Origin: a bacterium
GTDB taxonomy: Bacteria; Patescibacteriota; Patescibacteriia; UBA1558; UBA10009
Direction: 5' to 3'
Length of the DNA stretch: 64,000 bases
Assembly (NCBI GenBank): GCA_018672055.1
Contig: JABHGM010000001.1
Span: 264,884-328,883, forward strand
In this document: positions 48,035-59,408 of the stretch, piece by piece
How the letters are laid out: every line of letters starts with the position of its first letter
Numbering within the stretch: the stretch's first letter is position 1
Translations under genes and position numbers: made by a program
Notes under the pieces: generated by a model
What the model was told of the DNA's origin: nothing
The model's database searches: none
Seen by the model: the letters and a program-made list of their open reading frames with translations, nothing else

Positions 48035-48192
48035 AAATATGAAGTTTAAACACATTCCAGCAGTTATAGTTATTGCGCTTGCTATCTCATGTTTTTGCGT
48101 CTTAGTTGCCGTATTAACATTTGCATTCGCTTAAAGTATAACAAAATAAATAAATTAGAGGGTATAATTATATAAAATATTTGATTTTTAAT

Positions 48193-50721
48193 ATGCCAAA
48201 AAAAGCTAGAAAAAAAAGTATAAAAAAAGTAATTAAGAAAAAAGATGCTACTCCTGTTAGCGCTGAGATTTTAGAATTAAATAGAGGTAAAATAGAAGAC
48301 CAGGGTATTGTAGAAGAAATGCAAAGCTCATATTTAGACTATGCTATGAGTGTTATTGTATCTCGCGCTTTGCCTGATGTTCGTGATGGTTTAAAACCTG
48401 TTCATAGACGTATTCTTTATGCTATGTGGACTATTGGTTTAAAAGCTAATGCTAAGTTTAGAAAATCTGCAACAGTAGTTGGTGAAGTTTTAGGTAAGTA
48501 TCATCCTCATGGTGATGTTGCTGTCTATGATTCTATGGTTAGAATGGCTCAAGATTTTGCTATGCGTTACCCTCTAGTTAATGGACAGGGTAACTTTGGT
48601 TCTATGGATGGTGATAGAGCAGCTGCTATGAGATATACTGAAGCTAAATTAACTCATCTATCAGAAGAGCTATTATATGATTTAGATAAAGATACTGTAG
48701 ATTTTATTCCTAATTATGATGGTTCACAACATGAACCTTTAGTATTTCCTGCTAGACTGCCTAATTTACTTTTAAATGGCTCTGTAGGTATTGCTGTTGG
48801 TATGGCTACAAATATTCCACCACATAATTTAACTGAACTCATAGATGGTACTACACATTTAATTAATCATCCAAATGCTTCAGTTGATGATTTAATGGAA
48901 TATATTAAAGGACCTGATTTTCCAACTGGAGCTACTATATATAATATAAAAGAAATAAGAGCAGCCTATACTACTGGTAAAGGCGCAGTAGTAATGAGAG
49001 CTAACTCTGAGATTATTGAAGCTAAAAAAGGTTTCTTTCAAATTATTATTACTGAAATACCATATCAAGTAAATAAATCTAATTTACTTGAAAAGATAGC
49101 TGACCTTGTAAAGAATAAAAAATTAGATGGTATTCGTGATTTAAGAGATGAATCTGATAAAGATGGTGTTAGAATTGTTGTTGATTTAAAACGCGATGCT
49201 TATCCTAAAAAAGTTTTAAATGCATTATATAAACATACTCAATTACAAGATACTTTTCACGTTAACCTTTTAGCCTTAGTTGATGGTATTCAACCAAAGG
49301 TTTTGAATTTAAAAACTATTTTAGAAGAATATATTAAGCATAGAAAGATAGTAATAACCAGAAGGGTTCAATTTGAATTAAATAAAGCTAAAGATAGAGC
49401 ACATATTTTAGAAGGCTTAGCTATGGCTTTAGAATCAATTGATAAGATAATTGCTATAATTAAAAAATCTAAAGATAAAGAAGCTGCTAAAGTAAACTTA
49501 ATGAAAAAGTTTAAGTTTTCTGAAAGACAAGCTATAGCTATTTTAGAAATGAAGTTGCAGCAACTTGCTAATTTAGAAAGATTAAAAGTTGAAGAAGAAT
49601 TAAAAGAAAAGAAAAAGTTGATTAAAGAATTAAAAGGTATTTTAAAAGATCCAAAGAAAGTCTTAGCCATGATAAAGGATGACTTAAAAGAAATTAGAGA
49701 AAAATATGGTGATGAACGTAAGACTAAAGTTGTTAAATCAGCAGTGGGTGAATTTTCTATGGAAGATTTAATTGCTAATGAACCAACTGTAGTTATGGTA
49801 ACTAATGATGGCTATATTAAACGCTTACCACCAGACACCTTTAAAGTACAAGGCAGAGGCGGTAAAGGCGTTGCTGGCTTAACTACTAAGGAAGAAGATA
49901 TTGTAGATCATCTATTTACTACAATGACTCATGTTGATTTAATGTTTTTTACTACACGTGGTCGTTTATTCCAGCTTAAAGCTTATGAAATACCGCAAAC
50001 TTCACGTACTGCTAAGGGGCAAGCTATTGTTAATTTCTTACAGCTTGCACCAGAAGAAAAAGTTTCTGCAATTCTTTCCGTTGAAGATGTATCTTCATTT
50101 AAGAATTTAGTAATGGTAACGAGAAAAGGTTTAATTAAAAAAGTAGAACTTGAAAAATTCCAAAATGTTAGAAGAACCGGTTTAATTGCAATTAAATTAA
50201 AAGATGGTGATCAGCTTGAATGGGTTAAACCATCTGCTGGTAAAGATAATATTGTTTTAATATCAGCACATGGCCAAGCAATACGTTTTAGAGAGAAAGA
50301 TGTTAGAGCTATGGGTAGAGGCGCTGCTGGTGTTCGTGGTATCAAATTTAAAAAAGAAGATGATGAAATAGTAGGTATGGATATTTTAGATAATGGTAAG
50401 GCAACGCCTACTGAACAATTATTAGTTGTTATGTCTAATGGTTATGGTAAGAGAACTCCACTTACTCAATACAAAGTACAAGGTAGAGGCGGTACTGGTA
50501 TTAAAACAGCTACTGTAACTGACAAGACAGGTCCTATTGAAGCTGCTTTTATTGTTAACGCCAAGCTAGTTGATGAAGATTTAGTTATAATCTCAAATAA
50601 AGGACAAGTAATACGTTTACCACTTAAGTCTGTAAATGTAATTGGTAGAGCTACTCAAGGTGTTAAACTTATGAGTTTCAAAGAAAAAGGTGATGAAGTT
50701 GCTTCAGTAACCTTTATATAA
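48193..50721 (+). CDS. gyrA: DNA gyrase subunit A
   Basis: QRDR/active-site region [10 protein letters not shown], GyrA-box QGRGGKG, six C-terminal beta-pinwheel blades; ATG at 48193 preferred over listed TTG at 48181. Confidence 0.95.
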   Translation: MPKKARKKSIKKVIKKKDATPVSAEILELNRGKIEDQGIVEEMQSSYLDYAMSVIVSRALPDVRDGLKPVHRRILYAMWTIGLKANAKFRKSATVVGEVLGKYHPHGDVAVYDSMVRMAQDFAMRYPLVNGQGNFGSMDGDRAAAMRYTEAKLTHLSEELLYDLDKDTVDFIPNYDGSQHEPLVFPARLPNLLLNGSVGIAVGMATNIPPHNLTELIDGTTHLINHPNASVDDLMEYIKGPDFPTGATIYNIKEIRAAYTTGKGAVVMRANSEIIEAKKGFFQIIITEIPYQVNKSNLLEKIADLVKNKKLDGIRDLRDESDKDGVRIVVDLKRDAYPKKVLNALYKHTQLQDTFHVNLLALVDGIQPKVLNLKTILEEYIKHRKIVITRRVQFELNKAKDRAHILEGLAMALESIDKIIAIIKKSKDKEAAKVNLMKKFKFSERQAIAILEMKLQQLANLERLKVEEELKEKKKLIKELKGILKDPKKVLAMIKDDLKEIREKYGDERKTKVVKSAVGEFSMEDLIANEPTVVMVTNDGYIKRLPPDTFKVQGRGGKGVAGLTTKEEDIVDHLFTTMTHVDLMFFTTRGRLFQLKAYEIPQTSRTAKGQAIVNFLQLAPEEKVSAILSVEDVSSFKNLVMVTRKGLIKKVELEKFQNVRRTGLIAIKLKDGDQLEWVKPSAGKDNIVLISAHGQAIRFREKDVRAMGRGAAGVRGIKFKKEDDEIVGMDILDNGKATPTEQLLVVMSNGYGKRTPLTQYKVQGRGGTGIKTATVTDKTGPIEAAFIVNAKLVDEDLVIISNKGQVIRLPLKSVNVIGRATQGVKLMSFKEKGDEVASVTFI

Positions 50722-50739
50722 TAATTAATAGATAAATAT

Positions 50740-51708
50740 ATGATGACTGGAAAACAGATCTACAAATTAGCTATTGATCTTGGTATAAAGAATGATTTAA
50801 GAGGATCAAAATTAGTTAAAGATAGATTAAAAAGAACTAATGATAAGTATAATAAGTTAGGTGATGATGAAAAAAATGAATTTGATAATGAATTATTAAA
50901 TAATCCATATTCTGATACCAGATATTTTGGTGACTTAGATAAAAAAGTAAAAAGAGTTTTAACCGGTATTGATATTGGTACTGGTGAAGTAATGTTAGCA
51001 AATAAATTATCTGAAAAAAAATCTATTGATCTAATTATAGCTCATCATCCTGAAGGCTCAGGACTCGCCGCTCTAGGTGAAGTAATGAGTATGCAAGCAG
51101 AAGTACTAGCAACTTACGGCGTACCTATAAACATAGCTGAGAATTTAATTAAAATGAGAATGAGTGAAGTAGGCAGAGCTGTAGCTCCGGCTAATCATTA
51201 TCAAGCCATTGATGCAGCTGAGTTACTTGATATGCCACTTATGTGTTGCCATACTCCAGCAGATAATCTGGTAGCTACTTTTTTAAGTAACTATATTAAA
51301 AAGAATCAAAAGAAATTAACTTATGTTGAAGATTTAGTTAGCCTCTTAAAAGATATTCCAGAGTATAAGCAAGCAATTCAAATGAAAGCTGGTCCTAGAT
51401 TATTTACTGGTAAAAATGATAATTATTTAGGTAAGATTGCAGTAACTGAAATAACTGGCGGTACTTCAGGGCATAAGGATATATATAAGCATATGGCAAA
51501 TGCAGGCATTGGTACTATTGTAGCTATGCATATGAAAGAAGAGCATAGAGAAGAAGCTTCTAAAGCTCATTTAAATATTGTTATAGCGGGACATATGTCT
51601 TCTGATTCAATTGGTATGAATCTATTCTTAGATGAACTGGAAAAGAAAGGTGTAGAAGTAATACCATGTTCTGGAATAATACGTCATAAGAGATTTAAGA
51701 AAAAATAA
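50740..51708 (+). CDS. hypothetical protein, possibly Nif3-like dinuclear metal centre family
   Basis: IIAHHPEG and IAGHMSSDSIG motifs reminiscent of NIF3/YqfO; weak. Confidence 0.4.
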   Translation: MMTGKQIYKLAIDLGIKNDLRGSKLVKDRLKRTNDKYNKLGDDEKNEFDNELLNNPYSDTRYFGDLDKKVKRVLTGIDIGTGEVMLANKLSEKKSIDLIIAHHPEGSGLAALGEVMSMQAEVLATYGVPINIAENLIKMRMSEVGRAVAPANHYQAIDAAELLDMPLMCCHTPADNLVATFLSNYIKKNQKKLTYVEDLVSLLKDIPEYKQAIQMKAGPRLFTGKNDNYLGKIAVTEITGGTSGHKDIYKHMANAGIGTIVAMHMKEEHREEASKAHLNIVIAGHMSSDSIGMNLFLDELEKKGVEVIPCSGIIRHKRFKKK

Positions 51709-51799
51709 TATATATAAAAAATGATCATTCAAAACGGTCATTTTTTGATTAAAAAAACCACTCAATAAATGAGTGGTTCTGTAGATCAAATTGATCTAT

Positions 51800-52171
51800 T
51801 TAATTTAGTTTTGCTCCAGGGCTTGTTGCTATTTGAACTTCTTCAAGTAGCAGTGAAGGAATTAATGTAAGCATACTAAATGTTCCGGCTACCAGAAGTT
51901 CGACTTCCCCTGCCTCTACTAATCTTTCAGCCATTGGAACATTCAGAAGAATGATTATTGGGATATTTTTAGCTAATTTTTTTAACTCTTCTGCTTTTCT
52001 TATCCGACCCCTTAAGATGAGGACAATATTATTTTTTTGTTCCAGTAATTTTTTTGCTTCATTAATATTTTCGCATTGAATCATTTCGTAACCATGTCGA
52101 TAAAAAATTTCAACATAAGTTCCCATTGAGGTAGAATTTCCTACCCATAGTATTTGTTTGTATTCTTTCAA
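51800..52171 (-). CDS. hypothetical protein with degenerate receiver-like (CheY-like) pattern lacking the phospho-acceptor Asp
   Basis: ILWVGNS...IVLILRG aligns to the receiver-domain beta1/beta3 positions but without acidic residues. Confidence 0.35.
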   Translation of the reverse strand: MKEYKQILWVGNSTSMGTYVEIFYRHGYEMIQCENINEAKKLLEQKNNIVLILRGRIRKAEELKKLAKNIPIIILLNVPMAERLVEAGEVELLVAGTFSMLTLIPSLLLEEVQIATSPGAKLN

Positions 52172-52295
52172 TGTGCTTTCTCCTTTTATTTACTTTTATT
52201 TTAATTTATTGTATATAATATACTATATTAGTGTATTTGTCAAGAGTATTAGGTATTGCTTGTAAATAAGATAAAAAAATGATAATCTTGGGTAT

Positions 52296-53321
52296 ATGTC
52301 AGATGAAAAACTTACCTCTGCTAAGACCAGAGAAGAAGATAAAAGTTTAGATGCTACCTTAAGACCTAATAACCTTAAAGAGTATTTTGGTCAGGAAAAA
52401 ATTAAAGGAAATCTCCTTATCTTCATGGAAGCTGCTAAACAGAGAAAAGAACCTATTGAACATGTCTTATTATATGGTCCGCCTGGACTTGGCAAAACAA
52501 CTCTAGCTCATATTATCGCTAAAGAGATGAATGTTAATATTCGAGTTACTTCAGGACCTGCTATTGAAAGAGCTGGTGATTTAGCTGCTATTCTAACAAA
52601 TTTAGAAGATGGTGATATTCTATTTATTGACGAAATACATAGATTAAATAAATTAATAGAAGAAGTACTGTATCCAGCTATGGAAGATTATGCTTTAGAT
52701 ATTGTGGTGGGTAAAGGGCCTTCAGCTCGTACTCTAAGGCTAGATTTGCCCAAATTTACCATTATTGGGGCTACTACTAGGTATAATCTATTATCTTCTC
52801 CATTACGTGATAGATTTGGTTCTACCTATCGTTTGAATTACTATAATCACCCTGAAATAGAGCAGATTATAAATAGAAGTGCTCGTATATTAGATATAGA
52901 TATAGAAGATATTGAATCAGCTAAAATGTTAGCTAAAAGAAGCAGGTTAACACCAAGAATAGCAAATAGGCTATTAAAAAGAGTTAGAGATTTTGCTCAG
53001 GTAAAAGGTACTGGTAAATTGAATAAAGATATAACTAGAGCTGCTTTAAAATTATTGGAAGTAGATAATCAAGGACTTGATGATTTAGATAGAAAAATAA
53101 TGGAAATTATTATTGAAAGATTTAAAGGTGGTCCAGTAGGTTTAAATTCCATAGCTGCTTCTGTTCAAGAAGAAGATGGTACTATCGAAGAAATATATGA
53201 ACCATATTTAATGCAACTTGGTTTTTTAATTAGAACTCCTAGAGGCAGAGTAGTAACTGAACATGGTTACAAACATTTAGGTTTAGAAGTGCCTAGTGAA
53301 TTACAAGAAAAATTATTATGA
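52296..53321 (+). CDS. ruvB: Holliday junction DNA helicase RuvB
   Basis: Walker [13 protein letters not shown]+ core, C-terminal winged helix. Confidence 0.95.
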   Translation: MSDEKLTSAKTREEDKSLDATLRPNNLKEYFGQEKIKGNLLIFMEAAKQRKEPIEHVLLYGPPGLGKTTLAHIIAKEMNVNIRVTSGPAIERAGDLAAILTNLEDGDILFIDEIHRLNKLIEEVLYPAMEDYALDIVVGKGPSARTLRLDLPKFTIIGATTRYNLLSSPLRDRFGSTYRLNYYNHPEIEQIINRSARILDIDIEDIESAKMLAKRSRLTPRIANRLLKRVRDFAQVKGTGKLNKDITRAALKLLEVDNQGLDDLDRKIMEIIIERFKGGPVGLNSIAASVQEEDGTIEEIYEPYLMQLGFLIRTPRGRVVTEHGYKHLGLEVPSELQEKLL

Positions 53322-53962
53322 AAAAGTTTAAAGCTATAATATTTGATATGGATGGAGTTATTGTTAACTCTGAAGAGCTTTGGGAAAAAAGTGGAATTGA
53401 TTTTTATAAAAAACATGTTCCTAATATTACACCTGAAGTATGTGCTAAGTTTCCAGGTTTAAATATGCGTGGCGTTTATCAATTAGTTAAGAAGGAATTC
53501 AAAATAAATGTTATTGAAGAAGATTTTGTAAATGACTTTAGTAATTTTGGAGTGGATAATATTTATTATAACGTTGAATTAGTACCAGGGGTTAAAGAAT
53601 TAATTATTGAATTATCTAAAGAATATGATTTAGCTATAGCTAGTGCTGCTCCTTGGGCTTGGATTAATGTAGTATTTGAGCGCTTTAAATTAGAGAAATA
53701 TTTTAAAGTATCTCTGTCAGCTAATGATGATATATCGGGACGTGGCAAACCTGAACCTGATATATATTTAGAAACAGCTAAAAGATTAGGTCTTGAACCA
53801 GAGGATTGTTTAGTGATTGAAGATGCTAAAAACGGGGTTTTATCTGGTATTGCAGCCGGTATGACTGTTTATGGTTTTCAGAATTCTAGAATAAGGATTC
53901 CTCAAGATGTTTCTATGGCTAATAAAGTTTTTACGGACTTCAAAGATTTTCCTAAGATATGA
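53318..53962 (+). CDS. HAD-superfamily hydrolase (beta-phosphoglucomutase-like subfamily IA)
   Basis: [13 protein letters not shown] motif I and GKPEPDIY motif; 4-nt overlap with ruvB. Confidence 0.8.
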   Translation: MKKFKAIIFDMDGVIVNSEELWEKSGIDFYKKHVPNITPEVCAKFPGLNMRGVYQLVKKEFKINVIEEDFVNDFSNFGVDNIYYNVELVPGVKELIIELSKEYDLAIASAAPWAWINVVFERFKLEKYFKVSLSANDDISGRGKPEPDIYLETAKRLGLEPEDCLVIEDAKNGVLSGIAAGMTVYGFQNSRIRIPQDVSMANKVFTDFKDFPKI

Positions 53963-54492
53963 AAAAGTTATTACTTCATACATGTTGCGCGCCTTGTGCT
54001 ATATATGTAGCCATGAAATTAAAAGAAGATTACAAGGTAACCTTGTTTTTTTATAACTCAAATATATATCCAGAAACAGAGTATTTAAAAAGATATAATG
54101 AAATAAAGAAATGGGCAGAGAAAGAAAAAATAGTTATGATTCAAGGTGAATTTGATCAAGAAAATTGGTTTTCTAAAGTAAAAGGTCTAGAGCAAGAACC
54201 AGAAGGCGGAGTTAGATGCGCTGTTTGTTATAAGAAACGTTTAGAAGAAACAGCTAAATATGCCAGTGAAAATGATTTTCATATATTTACCACTACTTTA
54301 ACTATAAGCCCGCATAAGAAAGCAAGTATTATCAATTCTATTGGCTTAAAGTTATCAGAAGATTATAATATAGAATTTATTGAAGCTGATTGGAAGAAAC
54401 AAGATGGTTTTAAAAAAGCTTGCGAATTATCTCGTCAGCAAGGTTTTTATAGGCAAGAGTATTGTGGTTGTAAATTTAGTATAAGGGAATAA
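53959..54492 (+). CDS. queH: epoxyqueuosine reductase QueH (DUF208)
   Basis: LLLHTCCAPCA ... CAVCYKKRL ... EYCGCKFS cysteine pattern; next to queA. Confidence 0.75.
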   Translation: MKKLLLHTCCAPCAIYVAMKLKEDYKVTLFFYNSNIYPETEYLKRYNEIKKWAEKEKIVMIQGEFDQENWFSKVKGLEQEPEGGVRCAVCYKKRLEETAKYASENDFHIFTTTLTISPHKKASIINSIGLKLSEDYNIEFIEADWKKQDGFKKACELSRQQGFYRQEYCGCKFSIRE

Positions 54493-54524
54493 AAAAACTC
54501 GTTAACTTTTGTAGCTTAACGAGT

Positions 54525-55313
54525 TTATATTGTGTATTCATTATTTGCTTTTTCAATATCTTCTAATGTTCCTAGATCAAAGCGTCCTAAGATTTTAAAG
54601 GTTTTAAGTTTAAAACCTTTTTTTGTTAGCCATTGGATAAAGAATCCAGGGGCATCATTATTAGATAATTCAGGTATTTCATTTAGGAAGGTAGTAAGTT
54701 GCTTAATAACATTTTGCTTTAAGTAGCAAAGTGAAGGATAAGCAAATTTACTTAATGGCTTACTAGGTTTTTCAATGAAGTCTATTAATGTTTCATTTTC
54801 AATTATTAAATTACCTTTTTGAACCATAATATCTTGATTGAACTCTTCATAATAAGTAATAGCACCATTAGCAGAGCTTTGTGCAAATTTAATGAATTTG
54901 TTTAGATTTAGATTTTTAAACAGGGTATCACCAGCTAAGATCATAATATCATCTTGAATATTTTTTTGATCTAAAGCAAATTGAGTATCCTTATTTGAAC
55001 CTAATCTATTTTCATTACAAGCAGTATTATCATTAATGATATTAGTAATTGGAAAATCGAACTTTTCTGCCCAATCAGTAAATAATGAGCAGAAAGCTTG
55101 ATTAGTTATTATATATATATCATTAATATCTAATCCTGCATTTTGTAATTTTTGTATTAAGTGCTGTACAACTGGTATTTCTTTAATAGGTATCAAGGCT
55201 TTAGAGATGCCTTTGTTATCTATAGATATTCTATTAAATGAATTATCATTTAATATTTCTAAAGATTTTTGTAGCCTTGTACCGTAGCCAGCTGCTTGAA
55301 TTAGTATTTTCAT
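54525..55313 (-). CDS. sugar-phosphate nucleotidyltransferase (NTP_transferase family)
   Basis: MKILIQAAGYGTRLQ N-terminal G-x-G-T-R motif. Confidence 0.7.
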   Translation of the reverse strand: MKILIQAAGYGTRLQKSLEILNDNSFNRISIDNKGISKALIPIKEIPVVQHLIQKLQNAGLDINDIYIITNQAFCSLFTDWAEKFDFPITNIINDNTACNENRLGSNKDTQFALDQKNIQDDIMILAGDTLFKNLNLNKFIKFAQSSANGAITYYEEFNQDIMVQKGNLIIENETLIDFIEKPSKPLSKFAYPSLCYLKQNVIKQLTTFLNEIPELSNNDAPGFFIQWLTKKGFKLKTFKILGRFDLGTLEDIEKANNEYTI

Positions 55314-55399
55314 AATTCTCCTTCTAGTTTGGACTTTAGTTTTTTACTAAAACTACTATTTCTTGTAATTTTTGTCAAATACTATAGAATAATAGAGAT

Positions 55400-56437
55400 A
55401 TGAAATTAGATGATTTTAATTACAATTTACCTCATAAATTAATAGCTCAGAAATCTATTAAACCTAGAGATCACTCTAAATTAATGGTTATTAGCAGGAA
55501 AAAGAAGAGTATAGAGCATAAACGCTTTTTTAATATTTTAGAATATTTAAATAAAGGTGATGTTTTAGTTTTAAATAATACTAAAGTATTTCCAGCAAGA
55601 CTTATTGGTAAACGTAAAGACACTGGTGGCAAAGTAGAAATATTTCTTTTAAATAGTATTACTTCAAATAAGTGGCACGTATTAATTGGTAATAAAAGAA
55701 AAAAAGTAGGGCAAGTTATTTCTTTTGCTAAAGATCTTGAGTGTATTATAGAAAAACAAGTTGATGAATCTATTTGGCTGGTTAAATTTAATAAGCAAGG
55801 TAATATTTTAAATAAACTAATTGATGATATTGGACAAGTACCTACACCACCATATATTAATATTCCTGAAGCTAAGAAAAAGAGCAAAAGTTTAAAAGAG
55901 GAATATCAAACTGTTTATGCTACGAACAGAGGTTCAGTTGCAGCACCTACTGCTGGGTTTCATTTTACTAAGAGTTTAATAAATAGGTTAAAGAAAAAAG
56001 GTATTAAGTTTGAGTATGTTACTTTGCATGTAGGGTTTGGTACATTTGAACCTATTAAAATAGATAATGTTAAAAAACATAAGATGCATTCTGAACTAGC
56101 AATGATTGATAAAAAAACAGCTACTAGTTTAAATAAAGCAAAAAAAGATAATAAACGTATTATAGCTGTTGGTACTACCACTGTACGCACTTTAGAAGCT
56201 TTTAGCGTTAAGAATAAAATAAGCTCAGGCAGTAAACAAGTAACTATATTTATTTATCCAGGTTATAAATTTAAATTTGTTGATGCTTTAATAACAAACT
56301 TCCATTTACCAAAATCTACTCTATTAATGTTAGTATCAGCTTTTTCTTCAAGACCTTTTATATTAAAAATCTATAATATAGCTGTTAAGAAAAAATATAG
56401 ATTCTTTTCTTTTGGTGATGCTATGTTTATAGAATAA
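55400..56437 (+). CDS. queA: S-adenosylmethionine:tRNA ribosyltransferase-isomerase
   Basis: MKLDDFNYNLPHKLIAQKSIKPRDHSKLMV N-terminus characteristic of QueA; 345 aa. Confidence 0.9.
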   Translation: MKLDDFNYNLPHKLIAQKSIKPRDHSKLMVISRKKKSIEHKRFFNILEYLNKGDVLVLNNTKVFPARLIGKRKDTGGKVEIFLLNSITSNKWHVLIGNKRKKVGQVISFAKDLECIIEKQVDESIWLVKFNKQGNILNKLIDDIGQVPTPPYINIPEAKKKSKSLKEEYQTVYATNRGSVAAPTAGFHFTKSLINRLKKKGIKFEYVTLHVGFGTFEPIKIDNVKKHKMHSELAMIDKKTATSLNKAKKDNKRIIAVGTTTVRTLEAFSVKNKISSGSKQVTIFIYPGYKFKFVDALITNFHLPKSTLLMLVSAFSSRPFILKIYNIAVKKKYRFFSFGDAMFIE

Positions 56438-56659
56438 AAAGTATCAGATAACAAAAACTCCGTTTTTTAGACGTGAGCTTTTGTTTTTATTTTTATTTTT
56501 GAGTAATTCACTTGATTCTTATTAAGGTACAAATCGATGGATAGTCGATTAAGTTAAAAAGTATAAACTTATTTAACGGTTGTAAGTCCCTTCTTATTGT
56601 TTTTAACCAATGAGTTACTCATTTTATATGTAAATATACAAATAACAAATTAAAAAGGC

Positions 56660-56863
56660 TTATCTAATAAGATAGCCGTCTTCTAAAAGATTACTAGTTT
56701 GATTTAAATTAACCTTTTCAGGTAATTCATAAATTGTTTCAGCTATAACTTTATTTACTTGAACGTTTTCTAAGGTTACAGACATAAGCTTAGAAACGCC
56801 GATTACTATTAGGAAGCAGATAGTAATAGCTAAAATAGTATTAGTTTTTGAATCATTTTTCAT
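56660..56863 (-). CDS. small membrane protein
   Basis: ORF track 67 aa. Confidence 0.35.
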   Translation of the reverse strand: MKNDSKTNTILAITICFLIVIGVSKLMSVTLENVQVNKVIAETIYELPEKVNLNQTSNLLEDGYLIR

Positions 56864-57332
56864 TTTATTTTTGTTTTGGTGGTTTTTACCTTTTTATTTT
56901 TGAGTAAAAACCTTTTTGTTTTATTTGGCTAAGGCATCAAAAAAAGACTTGTATTCATAGCCTTATAATTACAGTATAGCATACATTTATGAAAAAGTCA
57001 AGAAAAAACCGTCAAATAATGACGGTTTTGAAAATAATTATTTAAATTGGGAACGTAGAATTTAAATAATATTATGTAATGAGACAGAGAAGATTACCTC
57101 CTTTAAGCTTTACTTGTTCCCCAGCTGAAACCTAAGTGATCTGTCATGTGTTCCTCCTTTAGCTATTATGATACGTGGTATCGATTTTAGTAAATGAGTA
57201 AAATGTTTTATTCTCCAAAATCGATTACTATTAGTATACTTTTGAAAAGTTTTCAAGCCATCCTCCTTATTATGTTATAGAAATTTAGTAATTTAATTAT
57301 ACGAATTAATTTATATTTTGAAAAGTGGATAA

Positions 57333-58400
57333 TTATGTATTAAATAGGAAATAGACTGTTTCGCCATCTTTCATGATATAATCTTTACCTTCAGTCCTTA
57401 TTAAGCCTTTTTCTTTAGCTTGAGCTTCACCGCCAGTTTCAATTAAATCTTGCCAATTTACTATTTCAGCTCTAATGAAACCTTCTTCAAAATCGGTATG
57501 TATTTTGCCTGCTGCTTGAGGGGCATTAGAACCTTGCTTAATTGTCCAAGCATGTGCTTCTTTAGGTCCTGCTGTGAAAAAAGTAATTAAATCAAGAAGC
57601 TCATATGATTTTAATATTAATTTATCAAGTCCTGTTTCAGAAATATTTAATTCATTTAAATATTCTTTTACTTCTTTTTCTTCCATTGAAGCAAGTTCTG
57701 ATTCTAATTTAGCACATATTGTTAAATATGGTTCTTTAGCATCTGGTATTTTTTTAGTAATATCATTTTCTGATACATTGTATACGTATAGTATTGGTTT
57801 ATATGTTAAGAGGCTAAAACTTTTTATATATCCTTTATCTTCTTCATTTACTTCGTAGTTAATAGCGAATTTTTCTTCTTCTAAGGTTTCTTTTAAACCT
57901 CTTAGTATTTCTAATTGTTTTAGTAGTTGCTTATCACTACTACTCTTACCTTGTTTTTCTAATTTACTTAAACTTGTAGTTACTGTTTCTAAGTCAGATA
58001 AAATTAATTCTAAATTTAATGTTTTAATATCATCTGTTGGATCTATTTTTCCATGAACATGAATAATATCATCATTTTTAAAATCTCTAACTACTTCTAC
58101 TATTGCATCTACTTCTCTTATATGTGACAAAAACTTATTACCTAAGCCTTCTCCCTTAGAAGCTCCTTTAACTAGACCAGCAATATCAACAAATTCAATA
58201 GTAGTAGGTACATATTTTTCTGAATTATATAGTTTAGCTAGTTTATCTAGTCTGTTATCTGGTACAGCTACTATACCTACGTTAGGTTCAATAGTGCAAA
58301 ATGGGTAATTAGAAGCATCTACCTGTTTTTTAGTTAGAGCTGTAAATAATGTTGATTTTCCTACGTTGGGTAAACCAACGATACCTATACTAAATGACAT
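57333..58400 (-). CDS. ychF: ribosome-binding ATPase YchF (Obg-like ATPase)
   Basis: GIVGLPNVGKSTLF G1 motif, coiled-coil insertion, C-terminal TGS domain. Confidence 0.9.
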   Translation of the reverse strand: MSFSIGIVGLPNVGKSTLFTALTKKQVDASNYPFCTIEPNVGIVAVPDNRLDKLAKLYNSEKYVPTTIEFVDIAGLVKGASKGEGLGNKFLSHIREVDAIVEVVRDFKNDDIIHVHGKIDPTDDIKTLNLELILSDLETVTTSLSKLEKQGKSSSDKQLLKQLEILRGLKETLEEEKFAINYEVNEEDKGYIKSFSLLTYKPILYVYNVSENDITKKIPDAKEPYLTICAKLESELASMEEKEVKEYLNELNISETGLDKLILKSYELLDLITFFTAGPKEAHAWTIKQGSNAPQAAGKIHTDFEEGFIRAEIVNWQDLIETGGEAQAKEKGLIRTEGKDYIMKDGETVYFLFNT

Positions 58401-58479
58401 ATTAGTTTAAAGAATACTACTTATATATGGTATTTGTCAAATAAATTGAAAAGCTACTCATATGAGTAGCTTTTATAAA

Positions 58480-58737
58480 TTAGTCCATCCCGACCATTTT
58501 ATTGCACAGTATACAAAAGTGTCCACCACCAGCAGATCTTTCTCTTAAATTTTCAGGGTGAGCACACTGGTCTTCTGGAATATTTAGTTCAGAACAAGTT
58601 TTAAGAATATTATCTTCAACCTGCTCTTGTTCAATGATCATTCTTTGAATCATTTCTCTTTTTTCCAAAAGTACTAAAAGTTGTTCCTTTTCAGTATCTG
58701 GTATTAAGTGAAGCATCTGCGCTAATTCAGAATTCAT
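58480..58737 (-). CDS. small protein with C-terminal Cys/His zinc-binding motif, paralog family B
   Basis: 85 aa; C-terminus CAHPENLRERSAGGGHFCILCNKMVGMD. Confidence 0.45.
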   Translation of the reverse strand: MNSELAQMLHLIPDTEKEQLLVLLEKREMIQRMIIEQEQVEDNILKTCSELNIPEDQCAHPENLRERSAGGGHFCILCNKMVGMD

Positions 58738-58879
58738 AACTCCTCCGGATTATGGTTATCATCAAATATATGACAATTCATTAACAAATTAGCACGTATA
58801 TTATTTTCAGTCAATAGTAGATTTATAAATAAAAAAGCTACTTTTTGAGTAGCTTTATTGAAAAATGGGAAACAGTCAT

Positions 58880-59269
58880 TTAGTCTCCATAACGTTGACC
58901 GCACAATATACATTGTCGAAAATCTGTATTATCTTGAACAAAATCTTTTGGATGTGAGCAATCAGATTCTTTAATTGGATATTGAGATGTTACATTTCCT
59001 ATCAACCAATTCAAATCTTTTAATGACTCATCAGTTTTTGCTAATGTTTTTTGGAGGCCCTTTTTTATTTTTTCAGCACTTACTTTTTGAGATATTATGA
59101 TCATCAGATGGGTCTGTACTTCCTCTGGGAATTGTTTGATTATTTTATTCAAATCATCTCTATCTTCAATTTTTTCAAAGAAACTAAATTCTACAGTACT
59201 TGCAAATTCTTCTGGTGAATCCATTCTTTTTGATTTATCTGACTTTACTTTCTTCTTATCATCTGACAT
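58880..59269 (-). CDS. small protein with C-terminal Cys/His zinc-binding motif, paralog family B
   Basis: 129 aa; C-terminus CSHPKDFVQDNTDFRQCILCGQRYGD, same pattern as the neighbour. Confidence 0.45.
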   Translation of the reverse strand: MSDDKKKVKSDKSKRMDSPEEFASTVEFSFFEKIEDRDDLNKIIKQFPEEVQTHLMIIISQKVSAEKIKKGLQKTLAKTDESLKDLNWLIGNVTSQYPIKESDCSHPKDFVQDNTDFRQCILCGQRYGD

Positions 59270-59408
59270 TATTCTCTCCTTTATATATTTAAGGTACTAA
59301 TTATGTATTGGCACCTTAGCAAAATGTAGTCTTTTGGTCAATAGTTAGCTAACTAGCTTTTTTTAGAGCTTTAACCTATAATGGAATAACTAAATATTAA
59401 ATAAATAT

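Noticed and set aside
44191-57858. ORFs 44191..44379 (-), 46293..46499 (-), 49368..49670 (-), 53566..53748 (-), 54532..54726 (+), 55471..55887 (-), 55960..56190 (-), 57574..57858 (+)
   Set aside because: All are antisense within confidently identified genes (cobO, CNNM, gyrA, HAD, nucleotidyltransferase, queA, ychF).
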